A stretch of DNA of 64,000 bases from the human T2T-CHM13v2.0 reference genome, Homo sapiens (GCF_009914755.1 NC_060947.1), one strand, 5' to 3'; shown: positions 40,346 to 57,310, numbered from the stretch's first letter. A program made the numbers and translations. The notes: a model not told the origin generated them from the sequence alone.

Positions 40346-40497
40346 CAGGTGTGGTGGTTCACGCCTGTCATCCCAGTGCTTTGGGGGGCTTAGGTGGGAG
40401 AAATGCTTGAGTCTAGGAATTTAAGGTTACATTGAGCTATTTTTCACGCCACTGCACTCCAGCCAAGATGACAGAGAAAGACCCTGGCTCAAAGAAA
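40346..40497 (+). mobile_element. FRAM / Alu monomer
   Basis: Single ~150 bp monomer ending CCACTGCACTCCAGCC...GACCCTGGCTCAAA. Confidence 0.8.
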
Positions 40498-41880
40498 CTT
40501 AAATTTTACAAAGCACTATAATGTAATTCTTCTTTGTAAGTATTTTCATTTATTCTAAATGTTATGGCTGCATGATATCTGCCAATCATCATTTTAGGTG
40601 GGATGTGAGCCACTCTTCACTCTGTTTCTCCCCTACAACATCAGCCTCTTCAAGGATCTTGCTTACAGATAGATTCATCAATGTACAGAGAAACTCTTTT
40701 GCATAATACTTACAAAACTATATGCAATTTTCAATTCCACCATAATTACTTTGTAAATGTAATGTCATTTCAATCAAAATGCCTACAAAAATTATAAAAA
40801 AACTAAAGGAGGCAAGCTAATTATCAAGCTATCTAGAAGACAAAGTGCATAAGTGCAGCTAAGAATTTTTTTTAAAAACCATGATCAGGAGGACAGACAA
40901 ACAGGAAATATATAAATTGTGATTTAGACTGAAAGTTTAGGAAGGAGCCTTCATGGATTAGAAGCATGTCTGTAATCATGCTCACTCTAATTATAATTAG
41001 AGCTAAAGTAGCAACAATTAGGTCACTGTTTACAACATTTTCTTTTGCATATGGTAGATAAGACTGGCTTAGGTTTTCTTAAATAGGGCATTAGAATTCA
41101 GACATTTATTTTTGCCTGCCCACTCAAAAGCTATTTCTCCTTCCTTGCTAAGGAAAATCTGCTTTAGGTAGCAAAACTCCAAGAGAAGTGGCAAGTTTAG
41201 GGATGAAAGCCATCATAGTAATAGGAAGCTCTCCTCAGATATGAAGAGCTTGGTCCTCAGGACATCATTAAAATGCTGGGCCACCACTGAGACCACTGAC
41301 TTCAGGGATTTTTATTAAATAAACAAAATTATATTTGTACTTAAAAACATTTTAGTCAAGTTATCCATTACCTGAAGCTAAAAACATTTCTAATTAATAC
41401 AAGTGATAGAGTGGCAGTGTAAAAATAAGTATTCTAAAATACTCTTTGCTTATTGAACATTTAAATAAATATACAAAAACTTGTTGATCTATATGATAAT
41501 TAATGTCTTTACTGAAAAATCATTGAAATTCCAGAAGTATATATGGAGATAAAATGTAGAGAGCCAATAGGTTAATCATAGGGATTAGCAGCAGAAAATT
41601 ACTCAACTATAAACTGATTTCCCTGTTTTCTTCATCAAGGTGAATTTAGTATTTTAAAATAGCTGAAAGGTTCTTCTGAAGATTTACATAGCTCTATTCA
41701 ATCATTTTTTTTTAGAGAATTTAGCTGTCTTTAATTAAGCCAGGCATTAGAGAGATTTCCAGTCTTCTGATTAAATTATCTTTCATTTGGGAAGATACAG
41801 ATATGTTTTAATTAAAATACAATGTTAACATATAATGAGATTATTTTTAAAGATACACATGGTTAAAATTTCAGTTTTAA

Positions 41881-43193
<1,313 letters not shown>

Positions 43194-43219
43194 TTTTTTG
43201 TTAATTAATTAATTTATTT

Positions 43220-46200
43220 TTATTTATTTCAATAGTTTTTGGGGAACAGATAGTTTTTGGTTACAAGGATAAATTCTTTAGTGGTAATTACTAAGATTTT
43301 GGTGAGCCCATCACCTGAGCAGTGTACACTGTATCCCATGTGCAGTCTTTTATCCTTTACCCCCACTTCCTCCCAAATCCCAAAGTCCATTGTATCATTC
43401 ATATGCCTTTGTGTCCTCATAGCTTAGCTCCCACTTATCAATGAGAATATATGATATTTGGTTTTCCATTCCTGAGTTACTTCACTCAGAGTGATAGTCT
43501 CCAACTCTATCCAGGTTGCTGTATTTGCCCTTATTTCGTTCCTTCATATGGTTGAGTAGAATTCCATGGTGTATATGTACCACATTTTCTTCAGTCACTT
43601 TGTCTATGGGCATTTAGGCTGGTTCCATATTTTTGCAATTGCAAATTGTGCTGCTATAAACATGCATGTACAAGTGTCTTTTTCATATAATGACTTCTTT
43701 TCCTCTGGGTAGATACCCAGTAGTGGGATTGCTGGATCAAACAGAAATTCTACTTTTAGTTCTTTTAAGAAATCTTCATACTGTTTTCCATAGTGTTTGT
43801 ACTAGTATACATTTCCACCAGCAGTGTAAAAATGTTCCCTTTTCACCACATCCATGCCAGCATCTATTATTTTTTGAGTTTTTAAAATTATGGGCATACT
43901 CGCAGGAGTAAGGTGGTATCTCATTGTGGTATTGATTTGCATTTCCCTGCTGATTAGTGATGTTGAGCATTTTTAAATATATTTGTTGGTCATTTATATA
44001 TCTTCTTTTGAGAATTGTCTATTAATATCCTTTGCCCACTTTTTTGATGGGATTAGTTGTTTTTTCTTGCAGATTTTTTTGAGTTCCCTGAGTCTGGATA
44101 TTAGTCCTTTGTGAATATTTTCTCCCACTCTGTGGGTTGTCTGTTTACTCTGCTGTAATCAGAGTGCAGAAGTTTTTAGTTTATTAGGTCCCATGTGTTT
44201 ATTTTTGTTTTTGTTGCATTTGCTTAAGGGTTCTTGGTCATGAACTCCGTGCCTAAGCCATGTCTAGAAGAGTTTTACTGATGTTATCTTCTAGAATTTT
44301 TTAGGGTTTTAGGCCTTAGATTTAAGTCTTTGATCCATTTTGAGTTGATTTTTGTATAAGGTGAGAGATGAGGATCCAGTTTCTTTCTTCTACATATGGC
44401 TTGCCAATTATCCCAGAACCATTTGTTGAATAGGATGTCCTTTCCCCACTTTATGTTTTTGTTTGCTTTGTCAAAGATCAGTTAGCTGTAAGTATTTGGC
44501 TTTATTTCTGGGTTCTTTATTCTGTTCCATTGGTCTATGTGCCTATATTTATACCAGTACCATGCTGTTTTGGTAACTATAGCCTTATAGTACAGTTTGA
44601 AGTCAAGTAATGTGATGCCTACAGATTTGTTGTTTTTGCTTAGTCTTGCTTTGGCTATGCAGGCTCTTTTTTGGTTCCATATGAATTTTAGGATTGATTT
44701 TTCTAGTTCTGTGAAGAATGATGGTGGTATTTTAATGGAAATTGCATTGAATTTGTAGATTGCTTTTTGGCAGTATGGTAATTTTCACAATATTGATTCT
44801 ACCTATCCACGAGCATGGAACGTGTTTTCATTTGTGTGTGTGTGTCATCTGTGATTTATTTCAGCAGTGTTTTGTAGTTTTCCTTGTAGAGGTCTTCTAC
44901 GTCCTTGGTTCGGTATATTCCTAAGTATTTTATTTATTTTTTGCAGCTATTGTAAAAGGGGTTGAATTCTTGATTTGATTCTCAGCTTGGTTGCTATTGG
45001 TGTATAGCGGTGCTGCTGATTTGTGTACATTGATTTTGTACCCTGAAACTTTACTGAATTCATTTATCAGATCTAGAAGCTTTTCGGATTATTCTTTAGG
45101 GTTTTCCAGGTATATAATCATATCATCACCAAACAGTAACTGTTTGTCTTCCTCTTTTATGATTTGGATGCTCTTTATTTCTTTCTCTTGTCTGACAGCC
45201 CTGGTAAGGACTTCCAGTACTATGTTGAATAGAAGTGGTGAAAGTGGGCATCCTTATCTTTTTCCACTTCTCAGGGAAAATGCTTTCCACTTTTCCTGTT
45301 CAATACAATGTTGTCTGTGAGTCTGTCATAGATGGCTTTTATTATCATGAGGTATGTCCCTTCTACGCCAATTTTGCTTAGGGCTTTAATCATAAAGTGA
45401 TGCTGGATTTTGTCAACTGCTTTTTCAGCATCTATTGAGATGATCATATGATTTTGTTTTTAATTCTGTTTATGTGATGTATCACATTCATTGACTTGTG
45501 TATATTAAACCATCTCTGCATCCCTTGTATGAAACCAACTTGATCTTGGTGGATTATCTTTTCGATATGCTATTGGATTCAGTTAATTAGTATTTTGTTG
45601 AGGATTTTTGCATCTATGTTCATCAGGAAAATTGGTCTTCTTTTTTTGTTATGTCCTTTCCTGGTTTTGGAATTAGGGTGATACAGGCTTCATAGAATGA
45701 TTTAGGGAGGATTCCTCTTTATCTTTGGGAATAGTTTCAGTAAGATTGGTACCAATTCTACTTTGAATGTCTGATATAATTCAGCTGTGAATCCATCTAG
45801 TCCTGGACTTCTTTTTTGGCAATTTTTAAATTAGTGCTTCAATCTTGCGACTTGTTTTTGGTCTGTTCAGGGTTTCTATTTCTTACTGATTTAATCTGAG
45901 AGGATTGTATATTTCCAAGAATTTATCCATCTCCTAGATTTTCTAGTTTGTGAGCATAAAGGTGTTCATAGTAGCCTTGAATGATCTATTGTATTGCTGT
46001 GGTATCAATTGTAATATCTCCTGCTTCATTTCTAACTGAGTGAATTTGGATCTTCTCTGTTCTTTGTTAATCTTGCCAGTGGTCTATCAATTTTATTTAT
46101 CTCTTCAAAGAACCAGCTTTTGGTTTCATTTATCGTTTGTATTGATTTTCTTGTTTCGATTTCATTTAGTTTCCCTCTGATTTTGGTTATTTCTTTTCTT

Positions 46201-49200
46201 CTGCTGGGTTTGGGTTTGGTTTGTTCTTGTTTCTCTGGTTCCTTGAGGTGTGACATTAGATTGTGTATTTGCACTGTTTTATACTTTGTGATATATGCAT
46301 TTAATGCTATGAACTTTCCTCCTAGCACCACTTTTCCTCTGCCCTATAGGTTTTGATAAGTTGTGTCACTACTATTGTTCAGCTCAAAGAATTTTTTAAT
46401 TTTCATCTTGATTTCATTGTTGACCCAAAGATCATTTAGGGACAGATTATTTAATTTCCATGTATTTGTATAGTTTTGAAGGTTCCTTTTGGACTTAATT
46501 TTCAGTTTTATTCCACTGTGGTCTGAGGGTATACTTGATATGATTTCAATTTTCTTAAATATATTGAGACTGGTTTTGTGGCCTATTATATGGCCTATCT
46601 TGGAGAATGTCCCATGTGTTGATGTAAAGAATGTATATTCTGCAGTTGTTGGGTAGAATGTTCTGTAAATATCTGTTAAGTCCATTTGTTCTAGGGTATA
46701 CTTTAAGTCCATTTTTAATTTGTTGACTTTCTGTCTTGATGACCTGTCTAGTGCTGTCAGTGGAGTATTAAAGTTCCCAAGTATTATTATGTTGCCATCT
46801 ATCTCATTTCTTAGGTCTAGTAGCAATTGTTTTATAAATTCGGGAGCTCCAGCATTAGGTGTGTATATATTTAGGACTGTGATATTTTACTGTTGGACCA
46901 TTCATTTTATCATTATATAATGACCCTCTTTTTCTTTTTTTTAACCATTGCTGATTTAAAGTCTATTTTGTTTGATATAAGAATAGCTACTGCTGCTCAC
47001 TATTAGCTCCCATTAGCATGGAATATCCTTTCTACCCCTTTTCCTTAAGTTTATGTGAATCCTTAGGTGTTAGGTGAGTCTCTTGAAGACAGAAGATACT
47101 TGATTCATGGATTTTTATCCATTATTCCATTCTGTATCTTTTAAGTGGAGCATTTAGGTCATTTACTTCAATGTTTGTATTGAGATGTGAGGTACTGTTC
47201 TATTTATCATGTTAGTTGCTGCCTTAATACATTGTTGGTTTGGTTTTTTCTGTTGTGCTGTTGTTTTATAGGCCCTGTGAGATTCATGCTTTAAGGAGGT
47301 TCTATTTTGATAGATTTTGAGGTTTTGTTTCAAGATTTAGAACTCCTTTTAGCATTTCTTGTAGTGCTGGCTTAGTAGTGGTGAATTCTCTCAGCATTTG
47401 TCTAAAAAATACTTTATCTCTCCTTCATTTATGAAGCTTAGTTTTACTGGATACGAAATCCTTGGCTGACAATTATTTTGTTCCAGGAGGCTGAAGATGG
47501 GACCCTAATCCCTTCTGTCTTGTAAGGTTTCTGCTGAGAAGTCTGCTGTTAATCTGATAGGTTTTCCTTTAAAGGTTATCTGATGCTTTTGTCTCACAGC
47601 TCTTGAGATTCTTTCCTTTGTCTTGACTTTAGATAACCTGATCACAATGTGCCTAGGTGATGATCTTTTTGTGATTAATTTCCCAGGTGTTCTTTGAGTT
47701 TCTTGTATTTGGATGTCTAGATCTCTAGCAAGGCCAGGGAAGTTTTCCTCAATTATTCCCTCAAATAATTTTTCCAAACTTTAAATTTCTCTTCTTCCTC
47801 AGGAACATCAATTATTCTTAGGTTTGGCTGTTTAACATAATCACAAACGACTTGGAGGCTTTCTTCATTTTTTGAAATTCTTTTTTCTTTGTCTTTGTCT
47901 GATTGGGTTAATTGGAAAGCCTCAAGTTTGAGCTCTGAAATTCTTTCTTCTACTTGTTCTAGTCTATTGTTGAAACTTTCCACTGCATTTTGTATTTCTC
48001 TAAGTGTGTCTTTCATTTCCAGAGGTTGTGATTGTTTTTTTCTTTATAATATCTATTTCTCTGGAGAATTTTTCATCCATATCCTCTGTTGTTTTTTCAA
48101 TTTCTTTGCATTGCTTTTTACCTTTCTCTGGTATCTTCCTGAGTAGCTTGATAATCAACCTTGTTAATTCTTTATCTGGCAATTCAGAGATTTCTTCTTG
48201 GTTTGGATCCATTGCTTTGGGGAGCTAATGTGATCTTTTGGGGGTACTATAGAAACCTGTTTTGTCATATTACCAGAATTACTTTTATGGTTCCTTCTCG
48301 CTTGTGTAGACTAATTCAGTGGAGGGGTCTGAAATTCAATGTCTGCTGTTCAGATTCTCTTGTCCAACAGGGTGATCCCTTGATGTGGTGCTCTCCCCCT
48401 TTCCCTATGGATGGGGCTTCCTCAGAGCTAGGGTGTGGTGATAGTTATTGCTCTTCTGGGTCTAACCACCCAGCAGGGTTACCAGGCTCTGGGCTGGTGC
48501 TGGAGGATGTCTGTAAAAAGTCTTGTGATGTGATGCATCTTCAGGTCTCCCAGCCATGGATACCACCACCTGCTCTGGTAGAGGTGCCAGGGAAGTGAAG
48601 TAGACTCTGAGAGTCCTTGACTGTAGATAGGTTTAGGGTGCTGGCTTTCTTGATTGCTGATTATGCTACTGGTGAAGTTGTCATGTGGACACATTCAGGA
48701 CCTCTGGTTAGCCAGGATATTGCAGACAGTAGAATTTAAGTGTTGTCTTCTCCTTCCTGGGATCAGGGTTGTTCTGTCTTGAGTTGCTATGATGTTCTGA
48801 GTTAGTTGGCCTCCAGCCAGAAGATGGCATTTTCAAGAGAGCACCAGCTATGATAGTTGTAGAAGTCTCTAGGCTTGACCTAAGATGGCCAGGGTAACTA
48901 TTTTGGTTTCTTAGGTGATGGGCAGGGCCATAAAGCTTGCAAGAATTTCTGTGTTTTGTGTTTGGCTACCAGGGTGGGTAGGGAAATACCATCAGGTGTG
49001 GGCAGGGTTAGACAGGTCTGGGCTCAGACCCTTTCTTTGGGCTATACTTACTGTGGCCACTGTAGGGGACAGGGAGTGGTTCTTAGGCCACTGAGGTTAT
49101 GTTCTAGAGGGGATCTTGGCTGCATCTCCTGTGTCATATAGTTCACCAGGGAAGTGGGGGAAAGCTGGTAGAGAGAGGCCTCACCCAACTGCCATGCAGT

Positions 49201-49910
49201 TGGTGAGGCTGCTCTCGCTCCCCTGGTCCCCCCTATGTAGACCTTGCTCCAGGTCCTGAGCTACCCTGCTGAGAAAGCAAGCTTGGCTTTTAGACTTCAT
49301 CCCTCCCAATCTGCCCAGTCTGTTGGCTGCAGCTCCTATGCTCCTTCCCTCACACCCTTGTATCCATAGTAGCTCCCATTCATCCCGCAGACTCCACTCA
49401 AGAACATTTTTGCCCAGCCAAAACCACTACCAATTTCAGTTGGGAGCTTCCTTTGCCCCACGGCCATGAATTAGCCTTCTGAATTTCGCTGACTGACTTT
49501 CCCAAGGGCTCCTGTGAGACATAGTCAGGCATGGCTTTTGGGGGCTTAAGCTGAACCTGCTGCTACCTCTACTTATATTTCCCACAAATCCTTAACCCAT
49601 TTCTTCTCTAGGTAAGATTAAATCTTTCTCCCGTGATCTGGATTTTCAGATTCTCTGGTAGGGATGTGTGTTTGGCAGTAGGTTTTCCCCCATTTCACAC
49701 TTTGGGAACTCAGCTTTTCATCTGTTTCAAGGAATTTGCAGTTGCATTCTGGTTCTTTCAAAGGATCTGTGAATTCTTTCAGTTTTCCTGGTACATTCCT
49801 GCAGCGGTTCTTGGTGCAAAAGACCATGATGTGAGTCTCCACACTGTTCTGTCTGTCCGTGTGGGAGCTACACATTAGCCCTGTCTCCTATCTGCCATCT
49901 TCCTCTCCTC
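43220..49910 (-). mobile_element. Full-length L1PB (L1PB1-like) LINE-1, ~6.7 kb, ORFs disrupted
   Basis: 5' end reverse complement GAGGAGAGGAAGATGGCAGATAGGAG; ORF1p pieces (47505..48212), endonuclease (46344..46826, GNFNTPL...SDHSGIKL), ORF2 pieces, L1PB1-type 3' end; TSD AATTTATTT (43211-43219 / 49911-49919). Confidence 0.95.
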
Positions 49911-51549
49911 AATTTATTTAATTGACAAATAGAAATTGTATATATTTATCATGTGCAACATGATGTTTTGAAATATGTGTACCTTGTGGAATGGTTAAAT
50001 CAAGCTAAATAATACTTGCGTTACCTCACACACTCACCATTTTTTGTGGTAAGGACACTTAAAATCTACTCTCTTAGCAAAAGAAAATACATTGTTTTTG
50101 AAATACAGTAATACGTTGTTATTAACTATAGTCACCATGTTGTACAATGTATCTCTTGAACTTATTTCTCCTATCGAAATAAAATTTTGTATCCTTTGAC
50201 CAATGTCTCCTCAATCCTTCATCTCCCACAGCCCCTGGTAACCATCATTCTACTCTCTACTTCAATGACTTCAACTTTTTTAGATTCCACATACAGGTGA
50301 GATCATGTGGTATTTGTCTTTCCGTGCCTGGCTTACTTCACTTAACATAATGTTTTCCAGGTTCATCGATGTTGTCACAAATGACACAATTTTCTCATTT
50401 TTAAGACTGAATAATATTCCATTGTGTGTGTGTGTGTGTATATATATATATAATTTTCTTTACACATTCATCTGTTGGTGGACACTTAGGTTGATTCCAT
50501 ATGAAAACAAATGGGAATGCATATATCTCTTTGACATACTGATTTCATTTCCTTGGTATATATACCCAGAAGTGAAATTTTGGGATCATATAGTGGTTCT
50601 ATTTTTAATTTTTTAGGATAGGAACCTCCATATTGTTTTCCATAATAGTTGTATTAATTTATGTTCCCGCCAACAGTGTGCAAGAGTTCCCTTTACTCCA
50701 CATCCTAGGCAACATGTATTTTTCATCTTTCGATAATAGCCTTTCTAGCAGGTGTGAGGTGATATCTCATTGTGATTTTAATTTGCATGTCTCTGATGAT
50801 TGGTGATATTGAGCATTTTTTCATATAACTGTTGGACAGTTGTATGTCTTCTTTTGAGTAATGTCTATTCAGGTCCTTTGTACATTTTTAAATCTGGTTA
50901 TTTCTGGGGTTTTTTTGAAATTTGATTTGTTTGAATTCATTAGGTATTTTGGATACTAACCTCTAATAAGGTGTATGATTTGCAAATATTTTCTCTCATT
51001 CTGTGGGTGTTCCCTTCACTCTGTTGACTTTTTCATTGGCTATGCAGAAGCTTATTAATTTGATGTAATCCCATTTGTCTATTTTCACTTTGTTGTCTGT
51101 GGTTTTGGGGCAATATTAAAAAAAATATTGTCCAGACCAATGCTATGGAGCTTTTCCCCTATGTTCTTTCTTGTTAGTTTCATAGTTTTAGGTCTTATGT
51201 TTAAGTTTTAAATTCATTTTGATTAGATTTTTGTATGTGGTGTGAGAGAAGGGACTAAGTTTATTCATCTGTGTGAGAATATTCAGTTTTCCAAAAACCA
51301 TTTATTTAAGAGACTGTCTTTCCCTGTTGTTTGTTCTTGGTACCTTTGTCAAAAAATCAATTGACCATAAATGTCTGAGTTTATTTCTGGGCTTTTTATC
51401 CTGTTCCATTGATCTATGCATTTATGTGCCCATTTAATGCCAGTACCATGTTGTTTTGTTTACTATAGCTTTGCAGTATATTTTAAAGTCAGGTAGTGTG
51501 ATGTTTGTTTCGTTTTTGTTTTTTCTCAATATTGCTTTAGCTATTTCTG
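49911..51549 (-). mobile_element. L1MA 3' portion (tail continues at ~43194-43219)
   Basis: TTAATTGACAAATAGAAATTGTATATATTTATCATGTGCAACATGATG, an L1MA-type 3' end; TSD-like TGAACATTC / TGAGCATTC. Confidence 0.85.
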
Positions 51550-51550
51550 G

Positions 51551-52035
51551 TGAGCATTCATGTATAAATGTATTTTTTGTATATATATACTAATTTCTTT
51601 TGGGTAAATACCCAGGAGTAGTATTGCTGGGTCATGTAGTAGACATAGCTTTAACTTTGGGAAACTGAAAATAGTTCTCCAAAGTAGTTCAGTCATTTGC
51701 AGTTCCACCAACAATGTATGAGAGTTTTGGTTGCTTCACATCCTCACAAAACACTTGTATTGTCTGTCTTTTTTATTTTGGACATTCTAGTGGGGATGAA
51801 GTAGTATCTTGTTGTATCTTGTCGTGACTTTAATTTTCATTTTCACTGAAGATTGACAATGTTAAACACCTTTTTAGGTGCTTATTGGCCATTCTTGTGT
51901 CCTTTTATAATATATCTGCTTGAGTCTTTTGCCCATTTTTAATGGGATTGCTATCTTTTTAATATCAACTTGCAGGAGCTCTTTATAGAGGCTGGATATG
52001 ACTATGTCATATACAGGTATAGATTTTGATATTCG
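51551..52035 (-). mobile_element. Continuation of the old L1M host element
   Basis: TTTGGGTAAATACCCAGGAGT...TTCCACCAACAATGTATGAGAGTT, colinear with the 43193 break. Confidence 0.75.
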
Positions 52036-53660
52036 TCTCTCAGTTGGTAACGTGAAGCCTAAATCTTGCAGAGTGTAAAGATGACTTGTTACTAGCAGGG
52101 GGCAGCAATAAAGGCAAATATGTTTCATTCTTTTCAAGTTTTTCTGGAAAAGTAATTTTTGAAGTAGAAAGGGAAGACAATTTACTTCCTAGATACACAA
52201 GGATTATCACAAAAGTAGTTTAACTTCTCTAAACCTCAGTTTATCATTTGTAAAATATCGTTAAAGTCATTTTGAGTTTCAAAAACTAACAGAGTTGTTT
52301 TGAAGCAGGGAGTCATCAAATTGGTATTAGCATCGGATGTCATAGACTGCATGTAGGTATGATGTTGCCATTCAACTTTACTACCCAGAAATTGTTACTC
52401 TTATTTTGGTTTTACAGATTCAAAATGAAGATTCTTCATGCAATATCATTTTTCTGAACAAGCCCACAGAAAACCCTTCGTTAAAACACTTCTGGGGACT
52501 TTTAAACCTAACCATTGTCAAGTATTTTAACTTAACTTTCTATTTTGCCCTAGGGGAGAACAGTTGGGGTGAATAAGTGAAATGGTTTTTGCCTTCATTG
52601 GGTCTAGACACTAGTTGCCCCTAGGATGATAAAGTTTGACCCCCAGTCACTAAGGATTTCCCAAGCACTGAAACTTACCGAAAGCATGCACTTCTGCCTG
52701 CACCTCAGTAAAGGCCGGAAATATAACTCCCCTAACACTCCTGGATTCTTTCTGTGCTTGACAATGGCCCCCAAGGGAGATTCTTGTGACAGAGTGCCTG
52801 TCCAGAGAGAAAGGATGATGTAACTAGAGCCCTGGACAAGGAGATATGGGACTTGAGGTCCCCTTATTTTCTACTACAAAGAGTAACTCAGTTAAAGATG
52901 TCAGGATTCACTGTTATGGTCAGAAGGGGATGGGGATAAAGCAGATTTCAGAGCATGTGTGGAGAGTTGAAAATTATTATAAACCAGTGTGGCAGGGTCA
53001 TCTGTGGAGATGTCAAAGTCTGCCTTATTCTTTCTGCAGTAGGAGATAGGAAAGATAGGAGAATACTTTTTATTTCCATGCCCCACTCTGGCAAGAAGAG
53101 TCAATACTGTGTTTTAAAACCTAGGTTCTTCTAAGCTCCATCTCCTGGAAAGAAAACAGTTAATGTCTATGTTTTAGGTGGCCCAGAAAGAAACTCCTTG
53201 GCCAGGACTTTGCTGGGACTGTTAGTCCTCTAGTAGAATAAAGCTTGAGCTTCCCAAAGGAGAGGGGATGTAGAGAGGCTGGGCCTCAGACAAAAATTGA
53301 TAAATGGCTCTTTAATCACATTTTCCGGACTTTACAAATTCCAGATCACATGACTGAGATCAGATTTTCTATTGGCCTTAGCCAGATGCTTCGGGTTTAC
53401 AAAAATATCATATTAGTCATACAACCAGTTTTAATTGGTTACACAAATAATTCTGAAGTGGCTAGGATTGAGATCTATTCTCTATGGAAGATGCTTCAGT
53501 TCTGGGGCTAGCTCTGGCCATGTATTCTTTCTAACAGGATACCAATAGGCCATAGTCACTCCATTTCTCAGAGAGAGAGAGTTGTGCCCCTTCTGTGGGT
53601 GCTGTTTGGATTCATGTTGATGGTGCTAATAAAAATCTTTTCAAATTGCACAGTTGGTCT

Positions 53661-54440
53661 TGTTAAAGAAAAAATTATTCTGACACTTGTTAAAATAGTA
53701 AGGAAGAAATTATTCAGGGCTATTGTGATAGATGGCAAGACTATTACAATAGGGGAGAGATTGGGCTCAATTTCAAATACCCATTGAGCATACTAATCAA
53801 AAAATTCAAAATCAGAAATGCTTTAAAATCCAAAACTTTCTGAGTTCCAACATAATGCCACAAGTAGAAAATTACACAACTGACCTCATGTTATGGGTTG
53901 CAGTCAAAACATACTCAAAACTTTTCTTTATGCATAAAATTATTTAAAATATTATATAAAATTACCTCAGGCTATGTATATAAGGTATATATGAAACATA
54001 AATTAATTTCATGCTTAGACTCGGGGTCCCGTCCCCAAGATATTTCATTATATATATTCAAATATTCCAAAGTCTGCAAAAAGCTGAAATTTGAAACATT
54101 TCTGGTTCCAAGCATTTTGTTTCAGGGATACTCAACCTATACAGCAAAGATATCTGGGGAATTATAGCCAATGAGAAGAATGAGGAAGTCAATAGATGAA
54201 AAGTTATTAACAGAGACATCAAGGGTAGGGGAATCCTTGCTAAACTAACTTCACAGGATTCTTGCTGATGGCGGGTCAAGGATTTATATATCAAAGTCAG
54301 AGGATGATAAACTTGAGCAGATACTGAGGATAATCAGATACGCAGGGTGGGGAGTCACTCTAAACTTATCTAGTAGGATTCTTTCTAAAACTGGTACAGG
54401 CAGGCCCAAGGACAAGGCCTAGTCAAAAAGATGGCTCTAA
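53661..54440 (-). mobile_element. MER31/MER67-group ERV1 LTR
   Basis: TGTTAAAGAAAAAATTATTCTGACACTTGTTAAAA...GGCCCAAGGACAAGGCCTAGTC; interrupted by Tigger4. Confidence 0.75.
53780..54139. mobile_element. Tigger4b (Zombi)-like MITE
   Basis: TTGAGCAT...AAATTCAAAATCAGAAATGCT...AGGGATACTCAACCT; TA flanks. Confidence 0.85.
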
Positions 54441-54464
54441 GCAGGGTAAGTTAGGAATTAAAAT

Positions 54465-54790
54465 CGTGGAAAGGACTTTTAATGCCAAATTTGAGTAATT
54501 GAAGCTTACTCATTTAGCATTGGAGCAAGGGAATCATGTGATCAGATATGTTTTTCAAGAAGAAAAAGAGATAAGGTAGAGATGGATTGGAATGAAAAAA
54601 AAAATGGGATCAGAAGGCTATAGAGAGGCCAAATGAGTGATAAGGACTTTTTCAAGAGTGAGAGTAGCAATAGAGAAAATGATATAAGAGAAATACTTAA
54701 CAGGTAGGATTGACAGGAAGTCGATTTTGTGGAAAGTAAGAGATAGGGAAAATTCTAAAATGATCAAAGGTTTATTGAGGAAGGGAAAAA
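54465..54790 (-). mobile_element. L2 fragment
   Basis: Purine-rich sequence, GGGAATCATGTGATCAGATATGTTTTT...GGTAGGATTGACAGGA. Confidence 0.5.
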
Positions 54791-55741
54791 GCATTGTCAG
54801 TTTATACTCCTGCCAAAGAAAGACGTTTACTCTCAGGTTAGTCTGATTCTATCCCCATCTCTCAGCTGGGCATTTTTCATTTTCCCTGGTAGAAAGCATT
54901 ATGCATTGAAAAGGCCTCCATTGCTTATTTATTCTCATGTCCAGAGACTTTGTCCCACATCCAATGTAGAAAAGACCAGCTGGCAAGACTAGATAAAGAC
55001 TTCAGATAACTTTATCCATTTCTCTGCATTATCTGCTCACAGAAGTGGCCTAGGAGAAATTCAGGATTTATTCCTACTCTTTTTCTTTTCATTTAGGTCT
55101 CAGATATACAAAGCCTAGAAATCCAGTGTGGTAGGAGCATCTACACACATTTCTAATATTTTAATTTATATTTTTATTTGGAATCAGCTTTATTAGAGGC
55201 AAACAATTATTCAGTTTCCACTGAAAGACTTAATAGTATCTCAGAAGGTTCTATTAAACTCCCCTTATAGTAATCACAAGAATCACAAATAGTTTCCCTG
55301 TGCCTTGGGGGCATTTGAGTGTCATTAGTAATAAAGATCCTCATCCAGTTTTGTTCTAGTTTTTCCCAAAGCAAAGGCTCTTTATCTCTTTATATAGTTA
55401 AATGTTGCCCATACTTACATAGACATGTTCCTATGTTGACCAGAAATGTAAATTACGACCTTCTATTACCCATTGACCTTCCCTGGAGTTAAGTGTTAAA
55501 TGTTCTGAAAGAAAGTTTATCAATAAAATGTCACTCACTAATCCTCTAAAGGAAGGTAAATCTACTGGAGAATGAGAAAGAGAAAATCACCAACTGAAGC
55601 TATTATTGACTAATTAGCTCAAGTAAAATCCCCCAACCTTCCATAGTTTTGAAAATGTAAAGAGGAAATGCTCTTGACTTAATTTGTGTGCAACAATCAT
55701 CAAATACATCAAATTGACTCCTAAGTCCTACTGACCCAACT

Positions 55742-55831
55742 CCAATATCCTGTGCCAATGTCCCTACTTTATGGTATCTGTGTATGCATCTCAGTATAGG
55801 TGCATACACAGCGCCAATATCCTGTGCCAAT

Positions 55832-55849
<18 letters not shown>
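55742..55849 (+). repeat. 36-bp direct repeats flanking a 34-nt hairpin
   Basis: Repeats 55742-55777 and 55814-55849 match 33/36; spacer arms CTGTGTATGCATCT / AGGTGCATACACAG. Confidence 0.9.
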
Positions 55850-56664
<815 letters not shown>

Positions 56665-56699
56665 AATAAATAAATTGCAAGTAAAAATAGAAAAGAGTC

Positions 56700-57130
56700 A
56701 ATAATCTAAGGACTAAAAGGTACTCGAAAGACACATTGACTAAATGTAACCTATGGCTTTTATTTGGATCTTGATTTGAACAAAGCAATTGCATTTTTAA
56801 AAAATCATGGATTTTTTTTAACATCAACTAGTAATTTTAATGACATTAAATGTTACAATTAACCTTTTTAGGAATTAATATATTATACTTTTGTTACAAA
56901 ATGTAGATTCTTATCAAATACGATACATTCTGAAGTATTTTAGGATGAAATAATATGATGTCCACTTCAAAACAATCCAGTGGGGAACAAAGAAGGTAAA
57001 TAGGTAGAGATGTAGATGAAATTGGCCATGTGTTGAAAATTGTTGAAGCCAGGCAATAGGTTTATGTAAGATTATAAACTTCTCTTTTGAGTATGTTGAA
57101 AAACTTTCATAATATAAAATATTTTTTTAA
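56700..57130 (+). mobile_element. Old L1ME/MC 3' UTR fragment
   Basis: TTTGGATCTTGATTTGAACAAA...TTGGCCATGTGTTGAAAATTGTTGAAGC...TTTCATAAT. Confidence 0.65.
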
Positions 57131-57310
57131 AATGTCTACTAATAGGAACACTAATGGTAGTGAGTGATGTTGAAGATGCATATAAAAGGTTTGAATAAGA
57201 GTGTTTAATAAAATGGAAGCAGAAAATATCATAAAGCATTATATTTGCATACAATGCTTTTTAAAATGTCCACTTTTATCTAAGTTAATACATTGAATAT
57301 TATAATATAC

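Noticed and set aside
43220-49910. Possibly active full-length L1
   Set aside because: ORF1 and ORF2 are broken into many short frames; old L1PB subfamily.
52545-52630. Short inverted CCTAGGGG / CCCCTAGG pair
   Set aside because: About 8-9 bp of complementarity built on a 6-bp palindrome; expected by chance.
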